Shown: one piece after another, positions 50,934-63,035 of the stretch
Layout: every line of letters begins with the position of its first letter
Position numbering within the stretch: position 1 is the stretch's first letter
Origin: Podarcis cretensis
Taxonomy: Eukaryota
Direction: 5' to 3'
Assembly (NCBI GenBank): GCA_951804945.1
Contig: OX638164.1
Span: 22,878,001 to 22,942,000 of the forward strand
Length of the DNA stretch: 64,000 nt
Program-made: the position numbers and the translations under genes
Notes under the pieces: model-generated
Told to the model about the DNA's origin: nothing
Seen by the model: the letters and a program-made list of their open reading frames with translations, nothing else
The model's database searches: none

Positions 50934-51296
50934 AGGTAAGGTAAAGGTACCCCTGCCCGTACGGGCCAGTCTTGACAGACTCTGGGGTTGTGCGCCCATC
51001 TCACTCTAGAGGCCAGGGGCCAGCGCTGTCCGGAGACACTTCCGGGTCACGTGGCCAGCGTGACATCGCTGCTCTGGCCAGAGCCAGAGCCGCACACGGA
51101 AACGCCGTTTACCTTCCCGCTGGTAAGCGGTCCCTATTTATCTACTTGCACCCAGAGGTGCTTTCGAGCTGCTAGGTTGGCAGGCGCTGGGACCGAGCAG
51201 CGGGAGCGCACCCCGCCGCAGGGATTCGAACCGCCGACCTTTCGATCGGCAAGTCCTAGGCGCTGAGGCTTTAACCCACAGCGCCACCTGCGTCCC
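50934..51296 (-). mobile_element. Sauria SINE, variant subfamily
   Basis: Nearly identical to 32163-32529; flanked by aaaaagata repeats. Confidence 0.9.
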
Positions 51297-51921
51297 ACCA
51301 AAAAAAAGATATATATACTAAATTCATTTTACTCTTCTTTCCACCTTCTTCTCTTCCTTTGGCATGATGTTTGGGCAAGATTTCGTCTGTGTTATTTTTT
51401 GTTACCCTGCTTAGAACTTTAGACAGCTTGTGAACAATAAATTGTGATTGTACTATCAGCTAGCAATAATATTCAGTACTATTGCACAGTATTCTAGAGG
51501 AGAGCAGGGTGGAAATTCAATCTGCAAGTTGGGAATCTGGATGGGAACCAACCTAATTTGCACGTCCTGAAACAATACATGAACCAAAACACAGCTTTCT
51601 TTTGGCATTCACTTTCCCGAATGTTCTGATGTAATTCTCCAGCCAAATAATGTGTACAAGCAGTAGTGAAAATAGCATACAAAAAAATCCCATAAGGGGA
51701 ACTGACCCCACAAGATTGTGAGCATTAGGCATACAAAAATATGTTGTAAGAGAAGCAGACTCTAAAACGTGGACAAATTTTCATGAGGACTTTAAAGAAA
51801 TCCATAAACTCATATAGAAATGTGGACAACTGGGCTAAAGACTGGAAAAATGAGGAACAGAAATTGACAGATTTATCCATCCCTATCTGTAAGCGGCAAA
51901 AAGGGTGTGTGTGTGTGTGTG

Positions 51922-51962
<41 letters not shown>

Positions 51963-54900
51963 CATGCGCTGTAATTCCCCAAAGGGATCCCATATAAGTT
52001 GAACCCACAATGAGCAAATGTCCAAAACTTTTAAGTGGTATCATTAATTACAAAACAGACAGTTTAAAAGAAAAGAAAGAAACAGAGAAAGCTTTAAAAT
52101 GAACGTGACTGATGCTCTGACCTTTGGTTTTGGACATTCAGGGTCAAGCATGTGGCTCAGCTGGAACGATGGAGTCCGTATGCATTTGGGGAACAGATGC
52201 CTTATGTTAACCACAGAGGTATATGGAAACACACTCATTTATACCCAGTTCCTTTTAAAATTCTTTATTATTTGCCACCAGGAAACATTAGTATGAGTGA
52301 TCAACAAGCAGATCAACAACCCCATTTGACAGCCATTTGGAATCCACAGTCACTTTTTAATTATTATTTACAGACAACAAAATACAAAGCCCTATTATCC
52401 CTGTTTGTTTTGTAGCTCTTTAGACGGACAGTCTGTCTAAGCTCTTTAGACAGACAGACTTTTGTAGCTCTTTAGACAGACAGACTTTAGACAGACAGAC
52501 TTAACTAACAGTCATGCCAAGGCTGGGAGAGGGGGCAGAACCCTTTCTGCAAACATGGCACTTCAAACCAAAGGTAAGAAACCTATTTTTGGCCTGAGGT
52601 TGCCCTTGCCTAACCCTCCAGTGGCTGCATTCCAGTGATGGGCACAGCCAAGACAAGAGCTTGCATGGCCATTAAAACACATACCAACAGGTCAGGTAGC
52701 TGTGCACATGCATCAGAGGTCCCTACAGCCACATAAAATATAAACAAGATTTTCTCACTGCCTTCCTCTTGATCATTGTCCCGAACACTCCAGCCAGAAC
52801 CAGCTGACTTCTCTCTACTGCAACAGTTAACAACGATGGATCTTCAAATAACGTCAGATGGCTTCAGCAGCTCCTTCTTCAGTGACAGCTTCAAGAACCC
52901 CTAGACTGAATCTCACACAGCCTATGTTAATTTGCATCTTCAGCTGAACAGATGCATATATGTATTTTAAGAGAAGGAAAAACACAAGGTGTTCAGATCC
53001 TTCAGTAGGATGGAATTATTCATGATTCTCTCAACAGTAGAGACAGCTTTCCACATTAAAAAACAACAACAACCTGAACTCAGCTTTCTTCAGCTTCTTC
53101 CTGTTCCTACCCAAGCAAGGACATGGATGAAAGAGAACAAAGGAATTACTAGGGGATTTGTTTCATGACTGCTGGGGGTTATGTGAAAGGAGAGTGAGGC
53201 ATTCACTATGAATATGCTTTGTTGCCTAATCAGTGGAAGTTCCTCTCCTACAGGACCCTGATGATTTCTGCCCACACAATGTCATGCACAAGAATGGGGG
53301 CTTTTAAAAAAATGCAAGCTGTATCCTTGCAAAATACAATTATCACCACATATACACCGTATTACTAAGTAGCACTGAGTTGCTCCCCAGCGTGTGGAGA
53401 TGCGTGTCACACGAAGGAAAAAGGAGCAAGCATGGATGCAATTAACCTAATTATTGGAAGGGCTGCCCAATAAAGGACCCAAAGTCATTTACTACAGTCA
53501 TCAATGACTCACCTCTATAATATGGCATGGTCTCACTTGGTGTGTGTGTGTGTGGGGGGGCACTTCCTGCCTTCCTTTATTTTGAAGGCCAGAAATTTTT
53601 GGTCTCAAATCTTTTTTGCTTTAAATATCTTTTTTGGATATTTTTTGCTTATTTACCCAGTTCAGGATACAAGGAAAATGGCACATACAAGCAAACTTAC
53701 TTGTGACATATGCCTTATGTAGTTCTAGAAAGCTCACAACTTCCATTAATTTGTAGGTAATTTGTAAAGCTTCATAACTTTAATAGCAGTCATGCTTTTA
53801 TCTCTTGAAAACCTTTTCTTTAAAAAGAAAAAGACAGTTTCCAGAGGCTGCTGCCTGGTTTAACCAGAAAACACAATCCTTCATATGATATAATTATCAG
53901 AGAACTCCTTTTTGCAGTGTCTCTGAAATTCTATGCATTTGTCTATATCAAAGCAGTAAAGCATAGCACTGTTGAATGTTTTTGGCATTTAGACTTCAAA
54001 GTGACACATGCTGAGAGGAAAGAAAGTAACAGCAAATTGCAAAAAAAGAAGAGCCAATGAGACAGCTTAGAAAATGTGCTGGGTTTAATCTACTAATAAG
54101 TTGACTAATGCAAGCACCACTAAAATAAACTTACTGGTGGACTGGACCCACTGACAAGGCTCAAAACGGAAGCCAAATGGGATTCAGCTCTTAAAAAAAC
54201 TTCCCAAGATGGCTTTTTTCCCCACTTGACCAAACCTCTGTCCCCTTCACTCTCATAGGGCCCCTCGAGAATTGCAAAGAGCGCTCTACAGCCTTGAGAA
54301 TCTGATCATTTTTGTCTTTAGCTAGATCACATCGCTCTGCTTCTAATATACAATGCACTCTATGGAAAGGCAACATTACCGTATGCTTCACTGCGATTCC
54401 CTATAAGATAATCATCCAAAGGATTCCTGAAAGTATAACAAAGGCATTCTGAAAACATAGCAATAGTTTCTTTGCCTTATTTTCTGCATTTGCATTATGA
54501 TGCTTTCAACAGAGGGACATTGAAATACCAAACAAGTATCTACTCCACAACAGAAGTCAGGCATCAACCTTGCCGTTCAATTAAGAAAAAAGGGCATTTA
54601 AACACATATTTTCTAAAAAGCTAGGGAGCATCTTTTGAAAACAACCTATAAAGCAATCTGGACATGTGATGCTTCATGAAAAACCACCCGTTTTATCTTA
54701 TCTGATAAACTGGGGCACTTGGAAAACAGAAAGTGACATGAATGTTGCATGTTTAATATTCATCCTGCAAGCCCATTTTCACGCTAGTAAATGCAGTCAC
54801 AAAGGCAGCTATCTAGTTTGTCAACTCCACACACTGACTTCTAGCATCTTGCCGGAATTACAATTGAACTGCAAACTATGGATTCGAGAGTGTTAAGGGT

Positions 54901-55280
54901 CGCACAAAGAAGCAAATGGCTTCTAAACTCATTCCAATGGCAACAGAGTTCATGTCAGGTTTCGACTCCTATGTATCGTGCAAGAAAAAGCAGTGTTCCC
55001 AAATTAACTTACCATTAGCATCATCAGCTACAGGCATTTTCTCCATTACTGTATACAACAAAGTTGTTGCTCTGCAACTCACAACTTATGTATTTCTGCC
55101 TTACCAAGTGTAGTCTTCATTACAGAACAACTTAGTTCTCAATTATATAATTCCATCACCAAGATATCTGAGTGATGTCTACAGTGCCTGTCTCCCAGTA
55201 GTGTTACAGGAGAGGGAAGTTTATATAGTTATTTAAAAATAATGCATATAGGGCTTTCTGATCCTTGGAGAGAGAGGAGC

Positions 55281-55733
55281 CTATTTATTTTTAAAACTGC
55301 CTTCCTCTAGCACTCCCTCATCCCCACAGCCATTTTTAAAACTGCTCAATTTGCTTTCTTTTAGCTTTTTCAAATAATCATGGGGCCCTTTCCCTTCAAA
55401 AGAAGAAGGGTTTTTGTATGAGCCCCCAATTCTATCCCAGAGTGTAAAATACTGGCCATAGTTGTAATCAAAGAACAAATGGTGATCAGTGTGATGGGCG
55501 GCACCATTGATAATTTCCTTCAGTATGCCAGGAACATGATAGTCCCCGTCATGGATGGAGATTGTCCAGATATTGACGAAGACATAGAGGCCCAAATAGG
55601 TGACCTTGTGCAGGGGAAAAAGGAATGGGTAGATGTGATAAGGGACGCTTTGAAGGAAGCCATCCATGGGGTGAAAAGCATGGCTTGCAAATGGAGTTGG
55701 GATCTTCCACAGGTGATGGGGCTTGTGCAAACG
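55281..55733 (-). CDS. SC5D: Lathosterol oxidase / sterol C5-desaturase, last coding exon (453 nt including TAG)
   Basis: [22 protein letters not shown]...SIHDGD...[30 protein letters not shown] contains two His boxes; acceptor ttccacag|CGT at 55734/55733. Confidence 0.98.
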   Translation of the reverse strand, partial: RLHKPHHLWKIPTPFASHAFHPMDGFLQSVPYHIYPFLFPLHKVTYLGLYVFVNIWTISIHDGDYHVPGILKEIINGAAHHTDHHLFFDYNYGQYFTLWDRIGGSYKNPSSFEGKGPHDYLKKLKESKLSSFKNGCGDEGVLEEGSFKNK

Positions 55734-57178
55734 CTGTGGAAGAAGAGAGAGGAATTAGAACCTTAGAATAGAAACAAGAAAGAGCCCAGAACACTTTCAC
55801 TTTAATACAGCAACAGAAAGCATCACCTGTGGCAAGGAAAGACCATTCTGAGATGCCCTGGCAGAGAGGTGGAGGATTATTTGTGTGTGTGACTACTACA
55901 GGTATGTGAGAATCAAGCTAGGCTTTTATTTTATTGAAAAATAAGATGGCAAAGATCACAATTCTGCTACATGAACCCCTGGTCCGGCTACATTTAAAAC
56001 CTAGCTCACAGTCTTTAAAAAGCAAAGTGTGGAGAGTTGATGGGTGGAAAGAGATACAGAAAAGGGAAATGTAACTGTCAAATTGGACCACGCTTTCCAT
56101 AAGGAAGAATTAACGCATCTAAGGCTTTTTAGTTTAGAAAAAAGAGAGACAACTGCTATTAAGTTATTTGGTGAAAAGAGTGAAATCCATATATTACTGA
56201 GTGTCTGAAATACTTCCTTTTGTTGGGCTACATTAATTTCTTTCTCTGTGATATTCATGATTTATACATCTGTACTATGTCTGTCCTTTCAGCCACTATG
56301 GTCTGTCCTATGTTTGATTACACTTTAAAAAACATTTCTTTTAAAGAAAACGTTCAATTCTCTCATCATTTTTGCCACCCTTTTGGATAACTTTTCCAGC
56401 TCTACTATACTCCAATGCCTTGAGATCTGGCACCACAATAACGGTACCCCCTTAACAGTTGGAGAAAGGTAACTCCTTGGTTTTCTTTTCTTATTGCCAA
56501 TCTGCACCAACCTCGGGGCCGTACCATCCTTTGCACTTGATCCCATCAACAGTGGGCTGCTGGTCTAGTCTTTTAGTTCTCTGGCTTTTCCTGCAAGTTA
56601 AGCAAGTAGCCTCTAGGGCCAGATGCATATTCATAAGTTTCCTACCTCAAAGTATACATTTATCACACAGCTTCACACACATCTGCCTTGAATCCTATTA
56701 TTAGTGGTCTACAGTAAAGCAAGTTATGTAGACACTGAACCGAGAAATTAGAATCAAACAGCACAACTCAGAAAAGCTTAAGAAGCAGCGACATGCTACC
56801 TGGCTTACCCTACTGCTGCATATGACCACATAACTGATTTGCTGCAAAGGAAACAATGCTAGAGAAGAGCACAATGGATGCAAGTGTTTCCTATCTCCAA
56901 ACTGGCTGATCCTTGTAGGAACTCTAGAAAAGCCTTCATGGATCAGACTGAGGTACATCTACTCTAGCATTCTATTTGCACCAGCAGCCAGTCAGAAGCG
57001 AGGCATGAAACTGAGGGTCCTTCCCTGCCTTTTGTCTCCAGCATCTGGTAATGAGGGATATACTGCCTTGATACATGGAGAGTCCCTTCACTCCACCCTC
57101 ATCTGCACATGGAATGCATCCTCCAGATTGGGTGCACTGTTCTCTAAGCATGTCTTACTATTTAACACTTTGCCATAC

Positions 57179-57279
57179 CTTATACAAAAGCTTATGATGG
57201 AGAAATCGATGAATCCAGTAGATACACATATCAGTAAAAAAGAGGAAAGAGAGCATGCTGAGGATAACACCAAACCAAC
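57179..57279 (-). CDS. SC5D: SC5D third coding exon (101 nt)
   Basis: Manual translation (G)WFGVILSMLSFLFFTDMCIYWIHRFLHHKLLYK includes the first His box. Acceptor tttgtctag|GT, donor AAG|GTATGG; phases join the neighbouring exons. This frame is absent from the ORF track. Confidence 0.96.
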
Positions 57280-58249
57280 CTAGACAAAAAAAGAAAGGTG
57301 TGAGTTTCTTTTTTAAATAGACATTTAAGAATGTTTAGAATATTTCTGGATTTGTACAATATTGGATTATGAAAACAAAAAGTAGTTTTTATGAAATCCA
57401 TTTTGAAAGAAGTCTCCTTACTTGAGCCTTTGGCAACGCTGAATCTCAAGCAAACAGAGCTAATTAATACATTGGAAAGGATCTGAAGGCTAAAGAGATA
57501 AAACCTGAAGAGCAACTCCAGCCGGACAGTTTACCATGGCAAGGTGCTCAAACACGTACAAAGGTGCTTTAGAAACACATATTGACTAAGCCGAAGGCAC
57601 TGCTTTAGATGTTGCTGACCTACAACAGGAGCTCAGAACGTCTGGCCTGCAGAGCATTCTTTGCCTTCCAGGGGGTTCAACTTGGCCACTTCTTTGCTAA
57701 ACTGTTTCCCCATGTCAATCAGACAATGTCATCTGATATCACTTGTCAATCATCTGTGGTCAACTGAACTGTTGTACCCTTGCCACAGCAACTTCGGATG
57801 CTGATTGCTCTCTCCATGGCTAAAAGGCGAGCATAATAGATATTCTCAGACACACATAATGCTTTGCCTCACTCACACATGGCTGGCTCATAACCAGCCC
57901 TGTCCTCTTGTTAAGGCTGTTGCTAAGGGCACTCTGGGAGCTTCTTTCTCCTTCACTTTCTCCAGATGAGAAGTGCCTGATATGGGATTTCACTGGAAGC
58001 CTCATTACTTTGTAAGCAACTTTTCTCCCTACAATTTGCGCGCTCTCTCTGTGTGTGTCTCTGCCTTTTATATGGGGGTGAGTAATATGTGGGCTGAAAT
58101 GCTGTTGTAAAGCTGCAGTGGAAAAACTCCCCATCCCAAGGAGGTTGCTGAGTGATCTGCCCAGGTGCCCAGAAGATGAGCTGAGTCAGAGCTGAGAAAC
58201 AAACCTGAGCAATACTTCCCTTGTGTGGAGTAAGCTATTTTCTTCTGTT

Positions 58250-58500
58250 CCAGATTGGAGGACACAAACTAACTGATCCAATTTATAAGAAAGGAGATTC
58301 TGACTAAACAATGGGGTGGGGGGGATTCTGATAAGTGCTGTTTCACAGTGGAACAGACTCCCTCAGAAAAGACTCTCCATCCTTGGAGGTTTCTAAGCAG
58401 AGGTTGGATGGCCATCTGTCTGGGATGTTTCAGCTGTGATTCCTGCATTGTGGTGGGTGCGCTGGACTAGATGACCCTTCTGTCTCTACAAATCCCATGA
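58250..58500 (+). mobile_element. CR1 LINE 3' end fragment (intronic)
   Basis: Same motifs as 42310-43198 (gaaaggagattc...ccttggaggtttctaagcagaggttggatggccatctgtc...ggactagatgacc). Confidence 0.75.
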
Positions 58501-59492
58501 GTTCCTCCACGATAATGGCCCTCATTATTCTCCATAAAGTAGGGTTAGGTGCATTTTCTTCCATGCATGTTTAAGTGTAAGGGAAGCCCAGAAAAGCTGC
58601 ACATCCTGGAAGAATCCTGTTGGGGAAGGAAGCAGCGGCAGCCCACCTCACAGCACTGGCTGGAGAAGATCTCCTAATAATTATACCCTTATTACCTGCA
58701 TGGCAGGTGAGCAAGATTCAGTAGTGGCATAAATATCCCATGACAGACTATGGAGATAGTTGCCCATCTGGTGCTTCAAAGTAAATAGCAGGGTGTTTTT
58801 TGCTCTCTGCGCTGAAGTGGTCAGTGTGAAGGCAGTGCTGAAATGAGGGGTGTGCAGTATAGCCTGAGACTGAGGCGGGTGTGCAACTGAAAAGCTAGCT
58901 CAGGGACTGGATGGCCACCTCTCAGATATTCTTCAGCTGCAATTTCTGCGTTGCAGGGGTTGGACTAGATGGCCCTTGGGGGTCCCTTCAAATTATACAT
59001 TCCTGTGATTCTACTGTCCTTGCCAGCATCTGTTCAAGTTGTGGAAGGAATTTGAAGGAGAGAAACAGCAGGTGGGGTTTTGCACTCTATTTTTTCCTGC
59101 TTTTGCACACTCAACCCCTTCCCTCCCCAAAACAAGGACAATGGGGAAATATCAGAGCTCAGTGGTAGCGCATGCAGAAGGCCCCAGCGTCTCTAGGTAG
59201 TGCTGGGAGAGACACCTGCCTGAAACCCTGGAATGCTGCTGCCAGTCTGTGCACACAATACTGAGCTAGATGGACTAATGATCTGACTCCCTTTGTTTCT
59301 AGTGCTTGGGCTTTAATATGCATGTCATATGTAGCAAGGTCCCATGAGAAGAAATAAATAAGAGGCCATCCTATGTACAACAAATGGTGGCTAGAAGAAA
59401 TGAGAAACAAGTTACATAAAGTGGACTCTTGAGATAAGGAAAGGACAGAGACTTTGACCCGATAAAGAGGACATGCCAAGCAGTTTCCTTAC

Positions 59493-59625
59493 CATAAGGA
59501 GAGTCATCAATGTTATCATAGAGTTTGCTGTAGCCTCTGACTTCAGCAAAGAAGATGGCAACCGTGGGGATACTGATCCATGGCATTGATTTGAGGGTGT
59601 ATTTGATTTCACGCTGCACTTGATT
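59493..59625 (-). CDS. SC5D: SC5D second coding exon (133 nt)
   Basis: NQVQREIKYTLKSMPWISIPTVAIFFAEVRGYSKLYDNIDDSPY(G); acceptor gtgttcag|AAT, donor G|GTAAGG. Confidence 0.97.
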
Positions 59626-60097
59626 CTGAACACAGGAGAAGACACTTTGTATAAAATAATATCCTGTACATTTACAGCATTTTTGAAAGTTTAGCACAAA
59701 TATTATCTCAGTAGTCCTTTTAAGGCAGAGACATATTGTTATTTGCATACTGCAGGTGAGACGCTGAAGCAAAGAGAGGATTGTCTAATGTCACATGACA
59801 AAATGACATTTGAATCTGAGATTTCCTAGCTTAGTTTTTGCCAGTACAGTACGCTGCTTTGAGAAGCGTGCATGTTTTAAAAACGTAAGTATCTATTCTT
59901 CCGCAAAGCAGAAAGATAAACAGGTCATGTTTCTTTGTGAAAAACCTTGTTAAAAGGACTCATCTCAGACAGATGAGGTTTACTAGACCTGGTAAGGAAA
60001 GGCAAAACCTACTCCCAATCAGGTAACAATGCTTGTGGCCGAGCTAGCTGTGAGATTCCTAGGACCCCGCCCCTTACTGTTGCCTGCATTCTGCTTT

Positions 60098-60238
60098 AGA
60101 GCAGGCATAGGCAAACTCGGCCTTCCAGATGCTTTGGGACTACAATTCCCATCATCCCCGACCACTGGTCCTGTTAGATAGGGATGATGGGAGTTGTAGT
60201 CCCAAAACATCTGGAGGGCCGAGTTTGCCTATGCCTGC
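60098..60238. mobile_element. Small palindromic MITE, well preserved
   Basis: gcaggcataggcaaactcggcc...ggccgagtttgcctatgcctgc inverted arms flanked by duplicated ctttagag-like sequence. Confidence 0.8.
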
Positions 60239-60360
60239 TTTAGAGTTACTACCCTGGGGATCTATACTTATGGCAAAATAGCTGCAAGGCTCTGCTTGCT
60301 TCCTTTCCCCCACAAAACTACTTTAACCTCACCCAAAGAGCTTTCCTTTACTAGAAGAGC

Positions 60361-60747
60361 TACCATATTTTTCGCCCTATAGGACGCACTTTTTCCCCTC
60401 CAAAAATGAAGGGGAAATGTGTGTGCGTCCTATGGGGCGAATGCAGGCTTCAGGACTTCGCGCCGGTCTCCCAAGGGTTGCGCAGAGCTGCCTGCATTCC
60501 TGGGCTTCGCGCAGCTCTGCGCAACCCTAGGGAGCCCGGCGCGAAGTTGCGCCGGTCTCCTGAGGGTTGCGCAGAGCTGCCTGCAGTCCCGGGCTTTGCG
60601 CAGCTCTGCGCAATCCTAGGGAGCCCGGCGCGCAAGCCTGGGGAGACCGGCGCGCCAGCCCCGCGCCTGGGGGGCGGAAATAAATTTTTTTCTTTATTTC
60701 CCCCCGAAAAAAAACTAGGTGTGCCCTATGGGGCGAAAAATACGGTA
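60361..60747. mobile_element. Tc2-like MITE with tandem hairpin core
   Basis: Termini nearly identical to 3020-3467; TA flanks; core of two units of about 90 bp. Confidence 0.85.
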
Positions 60748-60855
60748 AATCCCAAGGTTCAAACTCCAGTATCTCTTAATTAAGGAGGATACCACATATC
60801 AAAGCAAGTGAAAGACACCTGCAAGAGATTTAGAGAGCTGCTGCCAGTGACTCAC

Positions 60856-61065
60856 CTCCAAATACTGAGGATGTTTCTTTAGAGAGTGATCAAATATGAA
60901 GTAATAGCTGAAACTGCCAATCAGCAAATAAAGAACAAGAGCACCCACATTTGTTATGACAATAAGGCTAATAAACTGTCGAAAAGGGTTATCTTCTGGC
61001 CATGCTGCTGGATAAACATAAGGCGTCAAAACGGAGTCATCTGCATATGCCAGGACAAGATCCAT
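60856..61065 (-). CDS. SC5D: SC5D first coding exon (210 coding nt; exon begins at 61073)
   Basis: MDLVLAYADDSVLTPYVYPAAWPEDNPFRQ...FDHSLKKHPQYLE; acceptor ttttatgcag|GTACAACAATG, donor GAG|GTGAGT. The four exons total 897 nt, or 298 aa plus stop. Confidence 0.97.
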
Positions 61066-62281
61066 TGTTGTACCTGCATAAAATTGCCATGAATTAATGG
61101 AAGGGGATACATCAAACCTCAGTGAAGACACAAGAATGGTAACCTTGACAGGTAGGCTGTTCTAAAAATAGGCTACAATGCTGTGCAAATGAGTTCCCAA
61201 ATGTTTAGTGAACTAACAATATACAAATAATCTAACAGAATGCCAGCATGGCTAATGAGCAGAGTCAATGAAGCAAAAAAGCTTTACTTGAAAAGTCTTA
61301 TTCAAATAAAAATAATAAAGAACACATAATGTGGCAAAACAAGCATTAGTTAATGGGTGATACAAGTGGGGGGAAATTTGAAGAGCTTATTGGTAAGACA
61401 AACTTTTACATAGTTTTTAGATACATCGGAAGTAGGAAACCACACGGAGACATGGAAAAAAGAGGCTAGAAAAGCTGTACTAATTCCTCATTTTGGCCTT
61501 CACTCTGGAAGGTATCCTACCAACTTTCGGCACTCTTAATAAACTATAGCTCCCATAATTATTTGGGGGAAAAGACAGCTATGACTGTTTGAAGCAGGAT
61601 TCCTCAAACTCAGCCCTCCATGTTTTTGGCCTACAACTCCCATGATCCCTAGCTAGCAGGACCACTGGTCAGGGATGATGGGAACTCTAGTCTCAAAACA
61701 TCTGGAAGGCTGAATTTGAGGACACCTGGGAAGTGACTTTATATTGTGATGCCCGTGTGGTGCAGTGGTTAGTGTCAGACTAGGATCTGAAATCACCCAT
61801 GAGACATCTGAAGGCAGCCCTGTTTAGGGAAGTTTTTAATGACTGGTGTTTTAATGTATTTTTAATCTTTTGTTGGAAGCCATCCAGAGTGGCTGGGAAA
61901 ACCCAGCCAGATGGGTGGGGTATGAATAAATAAATAAATAAATAAATAAATAAATTATTATCATCATCATCAGGAGGGACGTTGGGTCAGCCACACACTC
62001 TCAGCCTAACCTAACCCCACAGGGCTGTTGCGAGGAGAAAATGGGGGGAAACATACATGCAACCTTGGGCTTCTCGGAGAAAAAGGTGGGATATATATAT
62101 GGAACAAATAACTAAAGCATGTTTTAAATGTATGGCCTGAGAAAAGGCAGTTTTGAGGACAAGCTACAGAACCTGCCAATTTGTTCCCGCTGTTTCAAAA
62201 AGAGCTCCTACAATTAAAAAGTCACCATGACGCCCACGCAGACTGAATTTTAAGCCCGGCAAGTAGCTGCATCCTACTTAC

Positions 62282-62500
62282 CCAAAAGGGGCTTGCGCAC
62301 AGGAGGAGGACCAGAAGGTGGACTAGTGGGGGGCTACACCCCGTTGCATTCTGGGAACCCGCCCCCCTCGCCCGGCCTTTGTCCTTCGAGCCGAGGGAGG
62401 CCCCTCGCCCTCCACAGGTGTTTCCTCTGCCTGCCTGCCTGCCCGATCCTGCGCCGCCTCCTTCCTCTTACTCCGCCAAAAGCGCCGCGCAGGTCGAAAT
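62282..62500 (-). other. SC5D: Probable non-coding exon 1 of SC5D (5' boundary uncertain)
   Basis: Consensus donor TGG|GTAAGT at 62282/62281 at the downstream edge of the CpG island. The first coding exon has an acceptor 8 nt before the ATG, so an upstream exon is implied. Confidence 0.6.
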
Positions 62501-63035
62501 CCAACGCTCTCGCGACGTGACGTGTCAGCAGGTAAGCGGTGGGCGTGGCCGCTGCGGATAGCGGCCCAATGGCTGAGGAGGGAAAGAGGGGGCGGGCAAA
62601 GAGAAGGAATCGCTAGCCTGATGGTACGACAGCGCCCCTGGCCAGGAGTCGCGCGACGCTGGCCTGTTGTGTGACGACACCCGCGCGTGGCTCAAAGTAC
62701 GGCGTCGGATTGGACGGGTCTCCAGAGAGGGGCGGGGCCGTTGGAGGAAAGGAGGAGGCCGCGAGCGAATGAGCAGGCCGGGCGTCGAAAGGGGGCGGGG
62801 CTAGGCGTGTCGCGCGGTTTTGTTTTCCCGTTCCTGAGGTAAAAAAGTACCCCGTCAGAAGCTTCTCAAGGGGAGGGTGGAGCTCTGAGGGGAAAGTTGG
62901 CCTAGGTTTTTTTTTTAACCTCAGGTGTGTCAGCCTCAGCAGCAGGTTGACGTGACCTGCGTTCAGTAATGAAGGGCGCGCACACCCACCCACCTATATT
63001 TATCTCACTTCATAAAAATTATTCACCACGTGATG
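62290..63035 (-). promoter_or_regulatory. SC5D: CpG-island promoter of SC5D with CCAAT boxes, GC boxes and CRE/E-box-like motifs
   Basis: CCAAT 62566-62570, ATTGG 62709-62713, several GGGCGG boxes, gacgtgacgtgtca at about 62515-62528, ATCACGTG (minus) at 63027-63034. Confidence 0.8.

Noticed and set aside
57088-57273. ORF-track translation over the SC5D third coding exon
   Set aside because: Wrong frame; splice phases define the FTDMCIYWIHRFLHH frame.
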